A program made the position numbers and the translations under genes. A stretch of DNA of 64,000 nt from Oscillospiraceae bacterium (GTDB lineage: Bacteria > Bacillota > Clostridia > Oscillospirales > CAG-272), in assembly GCA_015065065.1 (NCBI GenBank), contig SVQX01000002.1, positions 10,233-74,232 of the forward strand, read 5' to 3'. A model generated the notes under the pieces. It did no database searches. It was not told the DNA's origin and saw nothing but the letters and a program-made list of their open reading frames with translations. Numbering within the stretch: the stretch's first letter is position 1; each line of letters opens with the position of its first letter. Positions 1-9,686 of the stretch are shown in pieces.

Positions 1-1418
1 CCCTTGCAAAAGCCGTGTTTATCAAGGTCAGGCAGATCGCGACGGTAGCCGGCAAATACAGTAGGCTCAGCACCTCTGAAGCCATATATACTTTGCTTGA
101 TATCGCCCACCATAAATCTATGGTCTGTGCCTATAGCGGCAAATATCCTGTCCTGAATCTCGTCCACGTCCTGATACTCGTCTATAAATACGATATCGTA
201 TTTGGTTGCATACTCCTTGGCAAGCGGGGTAAGCTCGCCTGCCTCATCATAAAGCAGGGAATAGAGCATGCGCTTGTTGTCGGTAAAGTCGGTAATGCCG
301 CGATTGCGCTTTTCCTCGGTGAGTGATTTGTCGTAGCACGTGAGAAAATCGTAGGTGACCTCACACATACGCGCTGTTCGAGCAAGGTCGGCGTATATTT
401 CGTCCTCACCAAAGCTAAAGAAATTATCTCTGAATTCATTGAGCGCAGAAACGATAACGCTACGTGACTCCTTCAGCATAGCGATATTTTCGGGGGCGTT
501 CTTGTAGGCTTTAAGACCTATTGGATTATAAGTCGAAAGCAGAGCCCAAAAGTCGGAATAAGGTCTGCCTTCATTCAAAAGCCTGTTGATATCACTGACA
601 AATTGCAGGTCATAGGCGAAGGAGGGGAGATAGAATTTTGTACCCTTTTCATCCAACACAAGAGTATTGACTGCATCAGTCAAAAAAGGCAAGGCGGAAT
701 CACGGAATTCTCCAAGCAAGCGCAAAGCTGCTTGTCCGTGCGGGCAAAGAAAGATATCTCTTTTATCTGCAGCTTCATACAACGCCGCCGCTTGATTTTT
801 GAGGATATCAAGTCCCTCGGGGTAGTTGAGCAGATCGGAGTGCAGCTTGAGCATGATCTCGGTAAATTTAGCGTCTGACTTAGCCGCAGAGAGTGCGTCG
901 AAAAGGTCTGCAAAATCGTTGCCGTTAAGCACGTTAAATATACTCTCGCCGTCGTTTTGACCTGCGTATTTTATGAAAAACTCGTCGATAAGATCAGCAA
1001 GCACTCTCTCCTTTATGGGAGCAAGCTCTGCATCATCCGCAATTCGGAAGGAGGCGGGAAGCTTGCACTCTGCAAAATGCTCGCGGATTGGCTTCATACA
1101 AAAGGCGTCGATAGTTGAAATATCCGCACTACCCAGCAGCACCATCTGATTGTAAAGATGTGTATCTTCCGGATTTTCGGCTATCGCCGCAGTAAGCGCC
1201 TTGGAGATCTTGGCGCGCACGTCTGAGGCAGATGCCTTTGTAAAGGTAACAATCAGCATCCTTGACAGGCTGGAACGGTTGTCCCTGTCGGTGAGTGCGC
1301 GTATGATCTTTTCGGTAAGAGTTGCCGTCTTACCCGAGCCAGCAGCCGCAGAAACAAGTAAGGTCCTGCCCGTGGCACGTATCGCGCTTTCTTGCGCGTC
1401 TGTCCATTTAACTTTCAT
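1..1418 (-). CDS. addA: ATP-dependent helicase/nuclease subunit A (AddA), N-terminal part; 3' end lies beyond the window edge
   Basis: Absent from the ORF track because it runs off the window. Manual minus-strand translation from ATG 1418 gives MKVKWTDAQESAIRATGRTLLVSAAAGSGKTATLTEK (UvrD-type Walker A). It sits directly downstream of addB, as in Firmicute addBA operons. Confidence 0.85.
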   Translation of the reverse strand, partial: MKVKWTDAQESAIRATGRTLLVSAAAGSGKTATLTEKIIRALTDRDNRSSLSRMLIVTFTKASASDVRAKISKALTAAIAENPEDTHLYNQMVLLGSADISTIDAFCMKPIREHFAECKLPASFRIADDAELAPIKERVLADLIDEFFIKYAGQNDGESIFNVLNGNDFADLFDALSAAKSDAKFTEIMLKLHSDLLNYPEGLDILKNQAAALYEAADKRDIFLCPHGQAALRLLGEFRDSALPFLTDAVNTLVLDEKGTKFYLPSFAYDLQFVSDINRLLNEGRPYSDFWALLSTYNPIGLKAYKNAPENIAMLKESRSVIVSALNEFRDNFFSFGEDEIYADLARTARMCEVTYDFLTCYDKSLTEEKRNRGITDFTDNKRMLYSLLYDEAGELTPLAKEYATKYDIVFIDEYQDVDEIQDRIFAAIGTDHRFMVGDIKQSIYGFRGAEPTVFAGYRRDLPDLDKHGFCK

Positions 1419-1429
1419 ATCTGTCACCG

Positions 1430-4400
1430 TTAAAATTGATTTTTGCTTCTGACGCACGAAGGACATGAGTCTTTCATAACGCAGAACGTACAAGCCGTGT
1501 CAGAGGGCGTGCGCTCGGCGATACCGCCGTAAAGACGGCTTGCCGTGTCCGAGAGCGCGTCGCGAAGCTCGGCTTCAAGTGCGTCCATTCGGTCCTGCGG
1601 ACAAAGCGCCTTGCCGCGCGGTGTACCGTCCTTATTAAAGCTGATACCGGGGAGAAATTGGCGGTCAAGCTCGCTTGACGTTGCCCGAAGTATCTCAGAC
1701 GTATCAAGGATAAGTCCCGTACGCTTGATATCGACAGTGCCGCTGCTTGTATTTTCTCCGTAGCTGACGTACATGGCAGATGCCGGAAGAATATCGGTAG
1801 GCGTGTTTGCAAACAGCCGCTTGTTTTGCGGCGAGCATATAGCGAACATATAAATGAGAAGCTGAACGTTGAGATCCTTTTCAAACGCGCCCTCGGAAAA
1901 GTCAATGTCGTGGGCGGAGGATTTGTAATCAATGACTCGTATAAATATCTTATCGTCCTTCCTATAAAAGTCAATACGGTCGGCTGTGCCGCCGAAAATG
2001 AGCTTTACGGGGTCGCTTGTCTCGCTTTCCGGTGCCAGATCAAGGTCAATAGTCATTGGGGCAGGGGAGTTGGGGGTGAATTCGTCGAATTTCACCTCAA
2101 AGCCAAAGGGACGGAACTGCGATTGACGAAGCTCTGCAATAACGCTGTTGATAAGAGCTATTGCAACCGTGCGCATACGTCCGAATAGGTGGATGACACT
2201 GCCAAGCCGTGCCATATCGACGCACAGCTCGCGTACGTATTCGGCAATGATTTCCTCGGCAAGAGCCTGTACCTCGTCGTCGGAGAGAGGCTTGATGGAA
2301 TTGTTTTCGTCAAGCGTGCGACGGAGAAAATGCTCTACAACGTGATGCAAAAACAGTCCCGAGCTGAGTGAACCAAGCTCGGCGCGCTCTCGCTCGCGGA
2401 GCTTCAGTACGTATGATGCGTAATAGCTGTACGGACAGCTGAAGAAACGCTTTATTTTGGTCTGCGAGAGATAAAGCTTGTCGCCGAGTATGCTCTTGGC
2501 AGTCGCGCCGCTGACGTTGCGGTAAGCCCGACGGACAGCCGCTCCGTGTGACGCGAGCTGTTGTCTGTCGTATATCATTGACGTCTTGAAATTTTTGATA
2601 TTCGCGTAATCAAACAGCTTTGCCATACGCGCAAAGGCAACGGACGGGATTTTTTTCTTGCCCTCTGTGGTACAAAGATTGTATGATGCGTAAAGCTTTT
2701 CTGACGGCATTGAAAGCGCGCGGTAAACGTACATCAGCTCCTCGGAGGAATCAATATCGGCATCCGAGCCGAGTGATATACCGTGATTTGCGAGAAATTC
2801 CCTGTCACTGTCCGTGAATACTCCTGCGGGCTTGGGTGCGCTCGGAAATTCGCTCTCGCAAAGTCCAAGCACCAATGCGGCTTTGATATTGTCCGCACGC
2901 AAGGTCTTTGCTGAACCGATAATAACGCAGTCGTGCCTTGCGGGAACGGAGCCCATATCCGTTGACGTGAAAAGAATATTCAGCGCGCCCTCCAGCTCGT
3001 CCGTGCGCATAGGCTTGCAGTTTTCCATGACAGTGGACAGAGAGACAAGGCTTTCGGATACAAATGACCACAAACGAAGCTCCTCGCCTGCATCCTTTAT
3101 CTTGTCACGCGCGATAAGTGACTCAGCGCGCTCAATCTGTCGCTGCTTTACGTCGAGGGAGGTCAGATATGCATAGATAGCGCGGCACTGCTCGGTAACG
3201 CTCTCCGAAGCCTCAAGATCAGACTTCAAGGCAATAAGGGGAGTCATGATTGCAGTGCGCACTCGGTTAGCTGCTTCAAGGATGTGTCGTCCGCGCTCGG
3301 ACATCTCGACAGTATACCCGTCGGGATTCATATTCCAGACAGCCTCGGTCATCTTTCGCCCCGAAATGCTCCATGTAAAAACGTATTCCTCAAACATATC
3401 AACGTCGTCAACGGAAATATTGCAAAGCCCCGTTTTGAGTACGTCCATAACGTCAGCCGTCTGCCAGCCGCGCGATATGGCGCGGAGTGAGGAAAGCAAC
3501 AGGCGAGATAGTGGCTTTGTTGCCACGCTCGTGCGCTCAGATACGAAATACGGAATACCGTATGACTCAAGAGCCGCATCAAGTATGCCTTCCCAAGCCG
3601 TGGTGTCGCGCACCAGAATGGCGATATTTTCGTAGGGAATACCTTGCTTTACAATGTCCCTTATGTTAAGCGCCGCCGCCTCTGCCTCGTCATAGACATT
3701 CTCGGCTGTCAGCAGTGTAACGTCGCCGCGGCTATCGACGGGAACAGTAGTCGAAAGCCCGTCGGACAGCTTGAAATTCCAAAGGTTTTCCTCCAGCGCG
3801 CGAAGCTCACGGCTTTGGGTACGCACATTGCCGTCAAGATGCTTTATCTCAACCGACTCGGAATATTCTGCGGCTATTTTGCAAAGCCGCTTTTTCGTAT
3901 CTAAGGTTGACAGAAAATGCACTGCATCCGAGCCTTCCTTGTCAGCACAAAGGGCAACGCACAGCTCGTCAGCGTCAAAAAGAGCGGAACGCAGAATATC
4001 GTATTCCTGCGCCGTGAAGCTGGTGAATGAATCGACAAAAACAGTTGTATCTCGGAAAAATTCGTTTTCGCGTATCTGCTCTGCGGCAAGTGTGAGCCTG
4101 TCCGCAGGATTTTCGCCGTATATTCCCTTGAGAAGCAGGTCGTAGGCGGTGCTGACAACAGCAATATCCCTGAATTTTGCACCAAGCGGACTACCCTCGT
4201 CAAGATTGTCGGCAATGGATATAAGCTGATCTGCCGAAACGCCCGAATGCTTCAATTCGTTTACCGTGGCAAGCATAAGGGAGGTAAGAGTCGCGTCGGA
4301 GGAATATGAGCTTGAAACCTTACCGAATTCCTCCAGAACGTCGGAAACCTCACGCAGATTGCGCCACATCAGCAAGGTCTTAATGCTTTGTGACGGTACT

Positions 4401-4642
4401 TTGCCTGCCACTCCGCCGTATATCGAAGCGACCTTCTGTGCAAGGCGGGAGAAGCTGAGTATCTCAAAATTAAGTCCCGCCGAGGTTGGAAGCTGTGGCA
4501 AAATATTCCGTTCACAGCTATATACCTGCTGCTCTGGAACTATGAGAAGCGTATTTTTACCCTCGGAAACGGCAGTCCTTATCATTGATATTATCTCTTG
4601 CGTCTTGCCGCTACCCGAGCGTCCTGTTATCAATCTTAACAT
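1430..4642 (-). CDS. addB: ATP-dependent helicase/deoxyribonuclease subunit B (AddB/RexB)
   Basis: 1070-aa ORF with N-terminal GRSGSGKT. The C-terminal nuclease region carries a Cys cluster (CPYSYY ... CTFCVMKDSCPSC) typical of Fe-S AddB. addA follows. Confidence 0.9.
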   Translation of the reverse strand: MLRLITGRSGSGKTQEIISMIRTAVSEGKNTLLIVPEQQVYSCERNILPQLPTSAGLNFEILSFSRLAQKVASIYGGVAGKVPSQSIKTLLMWRNLREVSDVLEEFGKVSSSYSSDATLTSLMLATVNELKHSGVSADQLISIADNLDEGSPLGAKFRDIAVVSTAYDLLLKGIYGENPADRLTLAAEQIRENEFFRDTTVFVDSFTSFTAQEYDILRSALFDADELCVALCADKEGSDAVHFLSTLDTKKRLCKIAAEYSESVEIKHLDGNVRTQSRELRALEENLWNFKLSDGLSTTVPVDSRGDVTLLTAENVYDEAEAAALNIRDIVKQGIPYENIAILVRDTTAWEGILDAALESYGIPYFVSERTSVATKPLSRLLLSSLRAISRGWQTADVMDVLKTGLCNISVDDVDMFEEYVFTWSISGRKMTEAVWNMNPDGYTVEMSERGRHILEAANRVRTAIMTPLIALKSDLEASESVTEQCRAIYAYLTSLDVKQRQIERAESLIARDKIKDAGEELRLWSFVSESLVSLSTVMENCKPMRTDELEGALNILFTSTDMGSVPARHDCVIIGSAKTLRADNIKAALVLGLCESEFPSAPKPAGVFTDSDREFLANHGISLGSDADIDSSEELMYVYRALSMPSEKLYASYNLCTTEGKKKIPSVAFARMAKLFDYANIKNFKTSMIYDRQQLASHGAAVRRAYRNVSGATAKSILGDKLYLSQTKIKRFFSCPYSYYASYVLKLRERERAELGSLSSGLFLHHVVEHFLRRTLDENNSIKPLSDDEVQALAEEIIAEYVRELCVDMARLGSVIHLFGRMRTVAIALINSVIAELRQSQFRPFGFEVKFDEFTPNSPAPMTIDLDLAPESETSDPVKLIFGGTADRIDFYRKDDKIFIRVIDYKSSAHDIDFSEGAFEKDLNVQLLIYMFAICSPQNKRLFANTPTDILPASAMYVSYGENTSSGTVDIKRTGLILDTSEILRATSSELDRQFLPGISFNKDGTPRGKALCPQDRMDALEAELRDALSDTASRLYGGIAERTPSDTACTFCVMKDSCPSCVRSKNQF

Positions 4643-5508
4643 AAGCTGTCCCTTCCGTCAGTATTTTTCAATTTGATATTTCGGAGAACGGCGTCCTTAC
4701 CGCGCCAAGCGTAAGCGCGGCTCGAAAACTCGTCGTCCGACATGCTTTTTACTGTTTCCTCGTCAAGCCAAGGCGTTAAGTCCTTTCGGAAAAACTCCAC
4801 CCCCGTGCTGACGTTATCTTTTAATATTTTTTGATTTATCGGGCAGGCAAGCTGACACTCGTCACAGCCCCACACAAGCGAATGAGATGCGAGCGCGACT
4901 TGCTCGCATGGCGTAAGCTCACCCTTTTTCTGTGTCAGCGCGGATAGGCATCCGTCGCGACTGTCAGCGATGCAGCCGGCGGGGCAGGATGCAAGACAGC
5001 TGCCGCAATTTGAGCATTGCGGTAATTTTTCGGATCGTGGGATATATCCCTCGCACTCCACCAAAGCATTCGTTACAATCTCGCCGATAAAAACAAAGCT
5101 GCCGTATTCCCGAGTCAAAAGCAGACCGTTTTGCCCCTTTACACCAAGTCCCGCACGCACTGCGGCGTCGATCTCGTCAATGGGAGAATGATCGGCGAAT
5201 ATTGCAAAGCTGACTTGGGGAAATTCCAGACTTAGGTGTGGGAGCAGGGTGTCGGATAATCTGTTGAAAAACAAGTGGTAATCTTTAGCAGCTGCGTAAA
5301 GTGATACGTTATGCTCACCTCTTGCAATATCCGACACGACGTAGGGGACGGCGAGCATTATTGCCGTGCCGTCCGTCGTAGATATGCCGCACTTATCAAG
5401 TAGATAAGGTTTTGTTATTCTGCACTCTGACAAGGGAATAGCTCCGGTGAGTATTCCTTGCGGCAGAAGGATATTTTTCACACTTGACAGTATATCAGTA
5501 TTTTTCAT
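4636..5508 (-). CDS. queG: epoxyqueuosine reductase QueG-like 4Fe-4S protein
   Basis: Two ferredoxin-type Cys motifs (CSNCGSCLASCP, CDECQLACP) and a FADHSPIDE..AGLGVKGQNGLLLT block. Start moved to ATG 5508, which follows a GGAGA RBS. The stop overlaps the addB start by 7 nt. Confidence 0.65.
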   Translation of the reverse strand: MKNTDILSSVKNILLPQGILTGAIPLSECRITKPYLLDKCGISTTDGTAIMLAVPYVVSDIARGEHNVSLYAAAKDYHLFFNRLSDTLLPHLSLEFPQVSFAIFADHSPIDEIDAAVRAGLGVKGQNGLLLTREYGSFVFIGEIVTNALVECEGYIPRSEKLPQCSNCGSCLASCPAGCIADSRDGCLSALTQKKGELTPCEQVALASHSLVWGCDECQLACPINQKILKDNVSTGVEFFRKDLTPWLDEETVKSMSDDEFSSRAYAWRGKDAVLRNIKLKNTDGRDSLC

Positions 5509-5584
5509 GGATTCTCCGTAAAGCGAGAGGAAGTGCGTCGATCGGATCGAAGCACTTCCCACAATATTTAAGCTCCCGATCAAA

Positions 5585-6355
5585 TCAGAATTTATCTACC
5601 GGGTAAAGTATTTTGAGTTGATTGATCTTGCTCTGATAAGCCGCCTGCTGCTTTTCCTGATAAAGTCTTGCATAAAGTTGATCGCGCACCTCGTTGTAAG
5701 AGAGCGGCTTTGCCTCATTTTGCGCGTTGAGCTTGATAAGGTGATAACCGAACTGTGTCTTAACGGGACCGCGAAGCTCGCCTACCTGCATTTCAAAGCA
5801 AGCGGTGTCGAACTCGGGTACCATCTGACCACGGCCGAAATCGCCGAGATTTCCACCGTTTTCCTTGGAGGGGCAGGAGCTGAACTCGCGAGCCGCATCC
5901 TCAAAGGTGATGTCACCGGCGTTTATTTTTGTAAGAATTTCATTTGCCTTATCCTCGCTGTCGACCAGAATGTGACTTGCGTTGACGGTTTCCTGACCGG
6001 CAAATTCATCTGCGTTCTCGTCGTAGTACTTGTGTACCTCGTCCTCGGAGAGCTTAACGCTTTGCACGGTCTTTGCAATAGCATATTCCATCAAAAGCTG
6101 CTCCTTGATAGCCGCAAGCTGATCCTTGAACTCCTGCTCGCGCTCCATAAGGTTGCGCTGCGCATCAAGCAGGAAAAGTCTTTGCGCGATAAGCTGCTCA
6201 AGAACTGCCGCACGTCCCTGAGGAGAGCGGTACGCCTGACCCTGAGGGCCGAGCGCACGAATAAATCTTTCAACGTCCTCGTCGGTAATAGGCTTGCCGT
6301 TTACCTGGGCAAGCACGCCGCCCTGCGCCGCACCGCCTGTTTTGATGATATCCAT
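5585..6355 (-). CDS. PpiC/parvulin-type peptidyl-prolyl cis-trans isomerase (no signal peptide seen)
   Basis: Parvulin core ASHILV..FSSCPSKENGGNLGDFGRGQMVPEFD..GYHLIKL follows a helical SurA-N-like region. Confidence 0.8.
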   Translation of the reverse strand: MDIIKTGGAAQGGVLAQVNGKPITDEDVERFIRALGPQGQAYRSPQGRAAVLEQLIAQRLFLLDAQRNLMEREQEFKDQLAAIKEQLLMEYAIAKTVQSVKLSEDEVHKYYDENADEFAGQETVNASHILVDSEDKANEILTKINAGDITFEDAAREFSSCPSKENGGNLGDFGRGQMVPEFDTACFEMQVGELRGPVKTQFGYHLIKLNAQNEAKPLSYNEVRDQLYARLYQEKQQAAYQSKINQLKILYPVDKF

Positions 6356-6391
6356 AATTCAAAATTCCTTTCAAAGATAAGTATTATATTA

Positions 6392-6420
6392 AGTATACCA
6401 TACAGCGAGGTAAATTTCAA
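6392..6420 (-). promoter_or_regulatory. sigma-A type promoter for the PPIase gene
   Basis: Minus strand reads TTGAAA-17 nt-TATACT with TG at the extended -10 position. Confidence 0.5.
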
Positions 6421-6459
6421 GTGAATTCGCAAAATTATTTCAGATTTTGCGGATAGCTG

Positions 6460-6488
6460 TTGAAAAAGGAAAAAATGTATGGTAAAAT
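6460..6488 (+). promoter_or_regulatory. sigma-A type promoter for the RluA-family gene
   Basis: TTGAAA (6460-6465), 17-nt spacer, TAAAAT (6483-6488), preceded by TGG (extended -10). Confidence 0.5.
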
Positions 6489-6518
6489 AGATGTAATCAT
6501 GACACAAGGGAGCTTCTT

Positions 6519-7205
6519 ATGCTTGAAATACTATACCGGGATAAATATTTATGCCTTTGCCGAAAGCCGGTCGGCATACCCTCACAGCCGGACAGAACGG
6601 GAGGAATCAGCCTCCTTGACAGCTTGACCGAGGAGCTTGGCTTCGCGGGACTCGTCCACAGACTTGATACGCCTACGGGCGGAGTGATAATGTATTCGCT
6701 CAGTGAGCAGATCACGGGCAAGCTGTCGGCACTCGTCAGCGACCACGAAGCCTACGTTAAGGAATACCTCGCCGTCAGCGAGGGAATACCCGAAGGATAC
6801 GATGGAGGGGAGATGATAATGGAGGACCTGCTCTATCACGACAAGCTCAAAAACAAGACATTTGCTGTTGATAGACGCCGCGCGGGAGTAAAGCCCGCAA
6901 GGCTTGTATGTCGTCTTGTCGCCGAGGCGTCGGAGAAAGGCGCGCAAAAGAAAAAAGCCTTATGGAGCATAAGACTTTATACGGGACGCACCCATCAGAT
7001 AAGAGCGCAGTTTGCCACTCGGCGCGCACCGCTGTCGGGGGACGGAAAGTATGGCGGACGCGAAAATCGAGGAGGACTTGCGTTATGGTCGTACAGCGCG
7101 AGCTTTACGCACCCAATAACGGGTAAGCCCATCTCCGTCTGCGCTCTGCCGGATGTGAGCGCGTATCCGTGGAGCTTGTTTTACGACTCGTTGTCCGAGC
7201 TGTGA
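6519..7205 (+). CDS. RluA-family pseudouridine synthase
   Basis: HRLDTPTGG catalytic-Asp motif and GRTHQIRAQF motif. 228 aa, no S4 domain. Confidence 0.8.
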   Translation: MLEILYRDKYLCLCRKPVGIPSQPDRTGGISLLDSLTEELGFAGLVHRLDTPTGGVIMYSLSEQITGKLSALVSDHEAYVKEYLAVSEGIPEGYDGGEMIMEDLLYHDKLKNKTFAVDRRRAGVKPARLVCRLVAEASEKGAQKKKALWSIRLYTGRTHQIRAQFATRRAPLSGDGKYGGRENRGGLALWSYSASFTHPITGKPISVCALPDVSAYPWSLFYDSLSEL

Positions 7206-7711
7206 TGATTTGCTATCAGGCGCGTCTTGCGAAGTGCGAGGTACAGAACAGAGCAGCCGACCGTGCCGACACATCCCTGCATAGTGTTTCCGAATATACC
7301 GCCCAAAGCAGCCGCACCATAGCCTAAAGCGAAGGCTTCGACGACGAGATATCCAAGCACCATTAAAATTTCAGCGGTAATGCAGGAAAAAACTGTCCTC
7401 AGAATCAGAGGGAGCTTTTTCAACGCTCGGAATACAAGTGCGGCGGTCACGGCGCACAGCGCTTTTATTATTAACGTAGCAGGGGCGTATATCGCGTAAC
7501 CCGAGAAAATATCGGCAAGTGCCGAGCCGAGTCCTGCGGCGATTGCGGCATAGGGAATCGGGAGAAACAATCCCGACAGCAATACCAGCCCGTCACCGAG
7601 ATGCGCGTATCCGCCCGTGGGGATGGGTATATATATTATCATTGTGGCAACACAGATAAGTGCCGCGAAAACGGCGGAATATACGGTAAGATACAGCTTT
7701 TTGTGCTTCAT
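7181..7711 (-). CDS. integral membrane protein, ECF-transporter S-component-like
   Basis: 176 aa with 5-6 hydrophobic helices and an IPIPTGGYAHLGDG motif. Substrate not assignable. The 3' end overlaps the convergent RluA gene by 25 nt. Confidence 0.55.
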   Translation of the reverse strand: MKHKKLYLTVYSAVFAALICVATMIIYIPIPTGGYAHLGDGLVLLSGLFLPIPYAAIAAGLGSALADIFSGYAIYAPATLIIKALCAVTAALVFRALKKLPLILRTVFSCITAEILMVLGYLVVEAFALGYGAAALGGIFGNTMQGCVGTVGCSVLYLALRKTRLIANHHSSDNES

Positions 7712-7741
7712 AACGTCCTCGATTTTTCTTGATGATAGTAG

Positions 7742-7770
7742 ATTATAGCAGATTTATGTAAACAAATCAA
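7742..7770 (-). promoter_or_regulatory. sigma-A type promoter for the membrane protein gene
   Basis: Minus strand reads TTGATT-17 nt-TATAAT. The leader to the ATG is only about 35 nt. Confidence 0.5.
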
Positions 7771-7831
7771 CCTATAATTGAAAATATTTTATTACTCGAA
7801 TAAAAAAGTTGAATTTTTTTTGAATTTGCTA

Positions 7832-7860
7832 TTGACAAAATCGCAGGAGTATTGTATAAT
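7832..7860 (+). promoter_or_regulatory. consensus sigma-A promoter for rpsU
   Basis: TTGACA (7832-7837), exactly 17 nt, TATAAT (7855-7860). Confidence 0.65.
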
Positions 7861-7930
7861 ATTTCAGGAGTTTGCCAAGAGTAATCTTGGAAACCTATCT
7901 TCGGCACAGGCGAGGGGAGGGAAAACAGAA

Positions 7931-8107
7931 ATGGCAGAAGTCAGAGTTAAAGACGGCGAGTCGCTTGACAGCGCTCTGCGTCGTTTTAAGCGCCAGTGTG
8001 CACGCTCCAACATCCTCGGCGAGCTTCGTAAGAGAGAATGCTACGAGAAGCCCAGCGTAAAGCGCAAGAAGAAGTCCGAGGCTGCACGTAAGAGAAAGTA
8101 CAAGTAA
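7931..8107 (+). CDS. rpsU: 30S ribosomal protein bS21
   Basis: [26 protein letters not shown]...KRKYK. Start set at ATG 7931, after a GGGGAGGG RBS. Confidence 0.95.
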   Translation: MAEVRVKDGESLDSALRRFKRQCARSNILGELRKRECYEKPSVKRKKKSEAARKRKYK

Positions 8108-8120
8108 TTGTATTCAAACA

Positions 8121-8147
8121 GCAGGTCGCAATTGCGACCTGCTTTTT
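8121..8147. terminator. bidirectional intrinsic terminator (rpsU / cysteine desulfurase)
   Basis: Perfect hairpin GCAGGTCGCAATTGCGACCTGC followed by TTTTT, with an A-rich run on the other side. Confidence 0.8.
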
Positions 8148-8150
8148 GAT

Positions 8151-9314
8151 TTATAGGCTACGTGTGATTCCGCTCACAGCATCAATAAATTTATCAATAT
8201 CCTTTTTACTGTTGAAAAATCCAAAGCTTGCGCGTACCGCACCGCCTTTAGGCGTTCCGAGTGCCTCGTGAGCAAGAGCGGCGCAGTGATAACCCGCACG
8301 CACGCAAATGCTTTGTCGTCCAAGCTCTGCTGCTATATTTTCTGAGGGAATAGCATCATGGCGGAAAAGCACCAGCGAGCCTTCTCTTGACGGAGCGACC
8401 ACCTTTATCCCGGGGATAGTCAGTAATCCTTCCTTTGCCTGCCTGCAAAGCTTTTCCTCGTGGGTGCGGATATTATGGATACCCGTGGAGGTGACAAATT
8501 CCAAGCCCCGCCGCAAGCCTGCGATAGCGGGAGTGGACAGCGTTCCAGCCTCGTATCTTTCGGGTGAGTCGGCTGACATATCCCCAACAAGCGAGTCCAC
8601 GCCGTTTCCGCCCTCTATAATCGTTTCCAAGGAAATATTCTCCCCGAGAATGATGACACCACAGCCCTGTACGCCGTAAAGTCCCTTGTGTGCGGGCAGA
8701 CACAGCGCGTCAATATTACACTCCTTCATATTAATTGGATAAATACCTGCGGACTGTGCGCCGTCCACCGCGAAAAATATTCCCCGACTCTTGCAGTAAG
8801 ATCCTATTTCCTTGATGGGCAAAGTAACGGGGCAAATATTCGACGCATGAGTGCAAACCAACAGGCGGGTGTTGGGCTTAACAAGACGTTCAATGGAGGA
8901 TAGTATCATGTCGGGAGTAGCAAATTCAAGATTTGGAAGAGCGTTGAACACATCAAATTCTATGATGCCGTCTTTTTTTAGCTTGTACAGCGGACGGTAT
9001 ACAGAATTGTGTTCAAGGTTTGAGCATAGAGCGTGATCGCCCTGCTTTAAAATACCTTTAATGACGGAATTCAGAGCATAGGTAGTATTTAATGTAAAGA
9101 CTGTGTTTTCCGTACGACCTCCGAAAAATTGAGCAAGCCGCTCGCGACACAGATATATCTCCTCGGCGGAAGCCATTGCCAACGGATGCGCACCTCGTCC
9201 TGCGTTGCCGCACCATCGGGTGATACAGTCGTTTACGGCTTCGCTTACCGCGCGTGGCTTTGGAAAGGTAGTAGCGGCGTTGTCAAGATAGACGGTATTT
9301 TTGTTTATTTTCAT
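8151..9314 (-). CDS. cysteine desulfurase (class-V aminotransferase fold)
   Basis: PLP-lysine context LPAHKGLYG and catalytic Cys loop RAGYHCA. 387 aa. Confidence 0.8.
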   Translation of the reverse strand: MKINKNTVYLDNAATTFPKPRAVSEAVNDCITRWCGNAGRGAHPLAMASAEEIYLCRERLAQFFGGRTENTVFTLNTTYALNSVIKGILKQGDHALCSNLEHNSVYRPLYKLKKDGIIEFDVFNALPNLEFATPDMILSSIERLVKPNTRLLVCTHASNICPVTLPIKEIGSYCKSRGIFFAVDGAQSAGIYPINMKECNIDALCLPAHKGLYGVQGCGVIILGENISLETIIEGGNGVDSLVGDMSADSPERYEAGTLSTPAIAGLRRGLEFVTSTGIHNIRTHEEKLCRQAKEGLLTIPGIKVVAPSREGSLVLFRHDAIPSENIAAELGRQSICVRAGYHCAALAHEALGTPKGGAVRASFGFFNSKKDIDKFIDAVSGITRSL

Positions 9315-9381
9315 AGTTTACCTCTCAAAATTCGGATTTATGATGTAAAGGCTGAACCGTTGCGGAACAGCCCGTGAATTT

Positions 9382-9633
9382 TCAGCCGAGGAATTTTCTG
9401 ACCTTGATATTGGCTCCGGACAGCACCGTTCGCACGGTGCTTTTTTGCGAGCAGTGAAAGGTAACTCCGTAAGCGCATCCGCTGTCGGTGTCGATAGAGC
9501 TTACCTTTATAACGGTAGCAAAGACAGCAGACGAGGCAAGGATGTTTTGTGCCTTCATGGCATTAGTCATTGAGCCTATGACCGCTGTACAAGTGCCGCC
9601 GTGAGGATAATAATTTTGTGATGAGCCGTGCAT
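9382..9633 (-). CDS. DUF3343-like small protein (putative S/Se carrier-like)
   Basis: Small ORF immediately upstream of the desulfurase. ATG 9633 is 8 nt after GGAGGAGG. The pattern ..AMKAQNIL..GCAYGV.. resembles DUF3343. Confidence 0.55.
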   Translation of the reverse strand: MHGSSQNYYPHGGTCTAVIGSMTNAMKAQNILASSAVFATVIKVSSIDTDSGCAYGVTFHCSQKSTVRTVLSGANIKVRKFLG

Positions 9634-9686
9634 GATATACACCTCCTCCGTATCAGTTTATGAATCGGAGGTAGCGCGTGTTACGA

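Noticed and set aside
5618-6424. 268-aa plus-strand ORF covering the whole PPIase gene
   Set aside because: It is an antisense shadow of a gene with a clear parvulin domain. Similar full-length antisense ORFs occur opposite nagB (23202-23900), polC (33222-34223), uvrB (42787-43464), uvrA (44848-45576) and the isomerase gene (47793-48500). All were rejected on the same grounds.
7712-7790. Riboswitch (e.g. preQ1 or a vitamin class) upstream of the ECF S-component-like gene
   Set aside because: The predicted promoter leaves a leader of only about 35 nt with no conserved riboswitch core.
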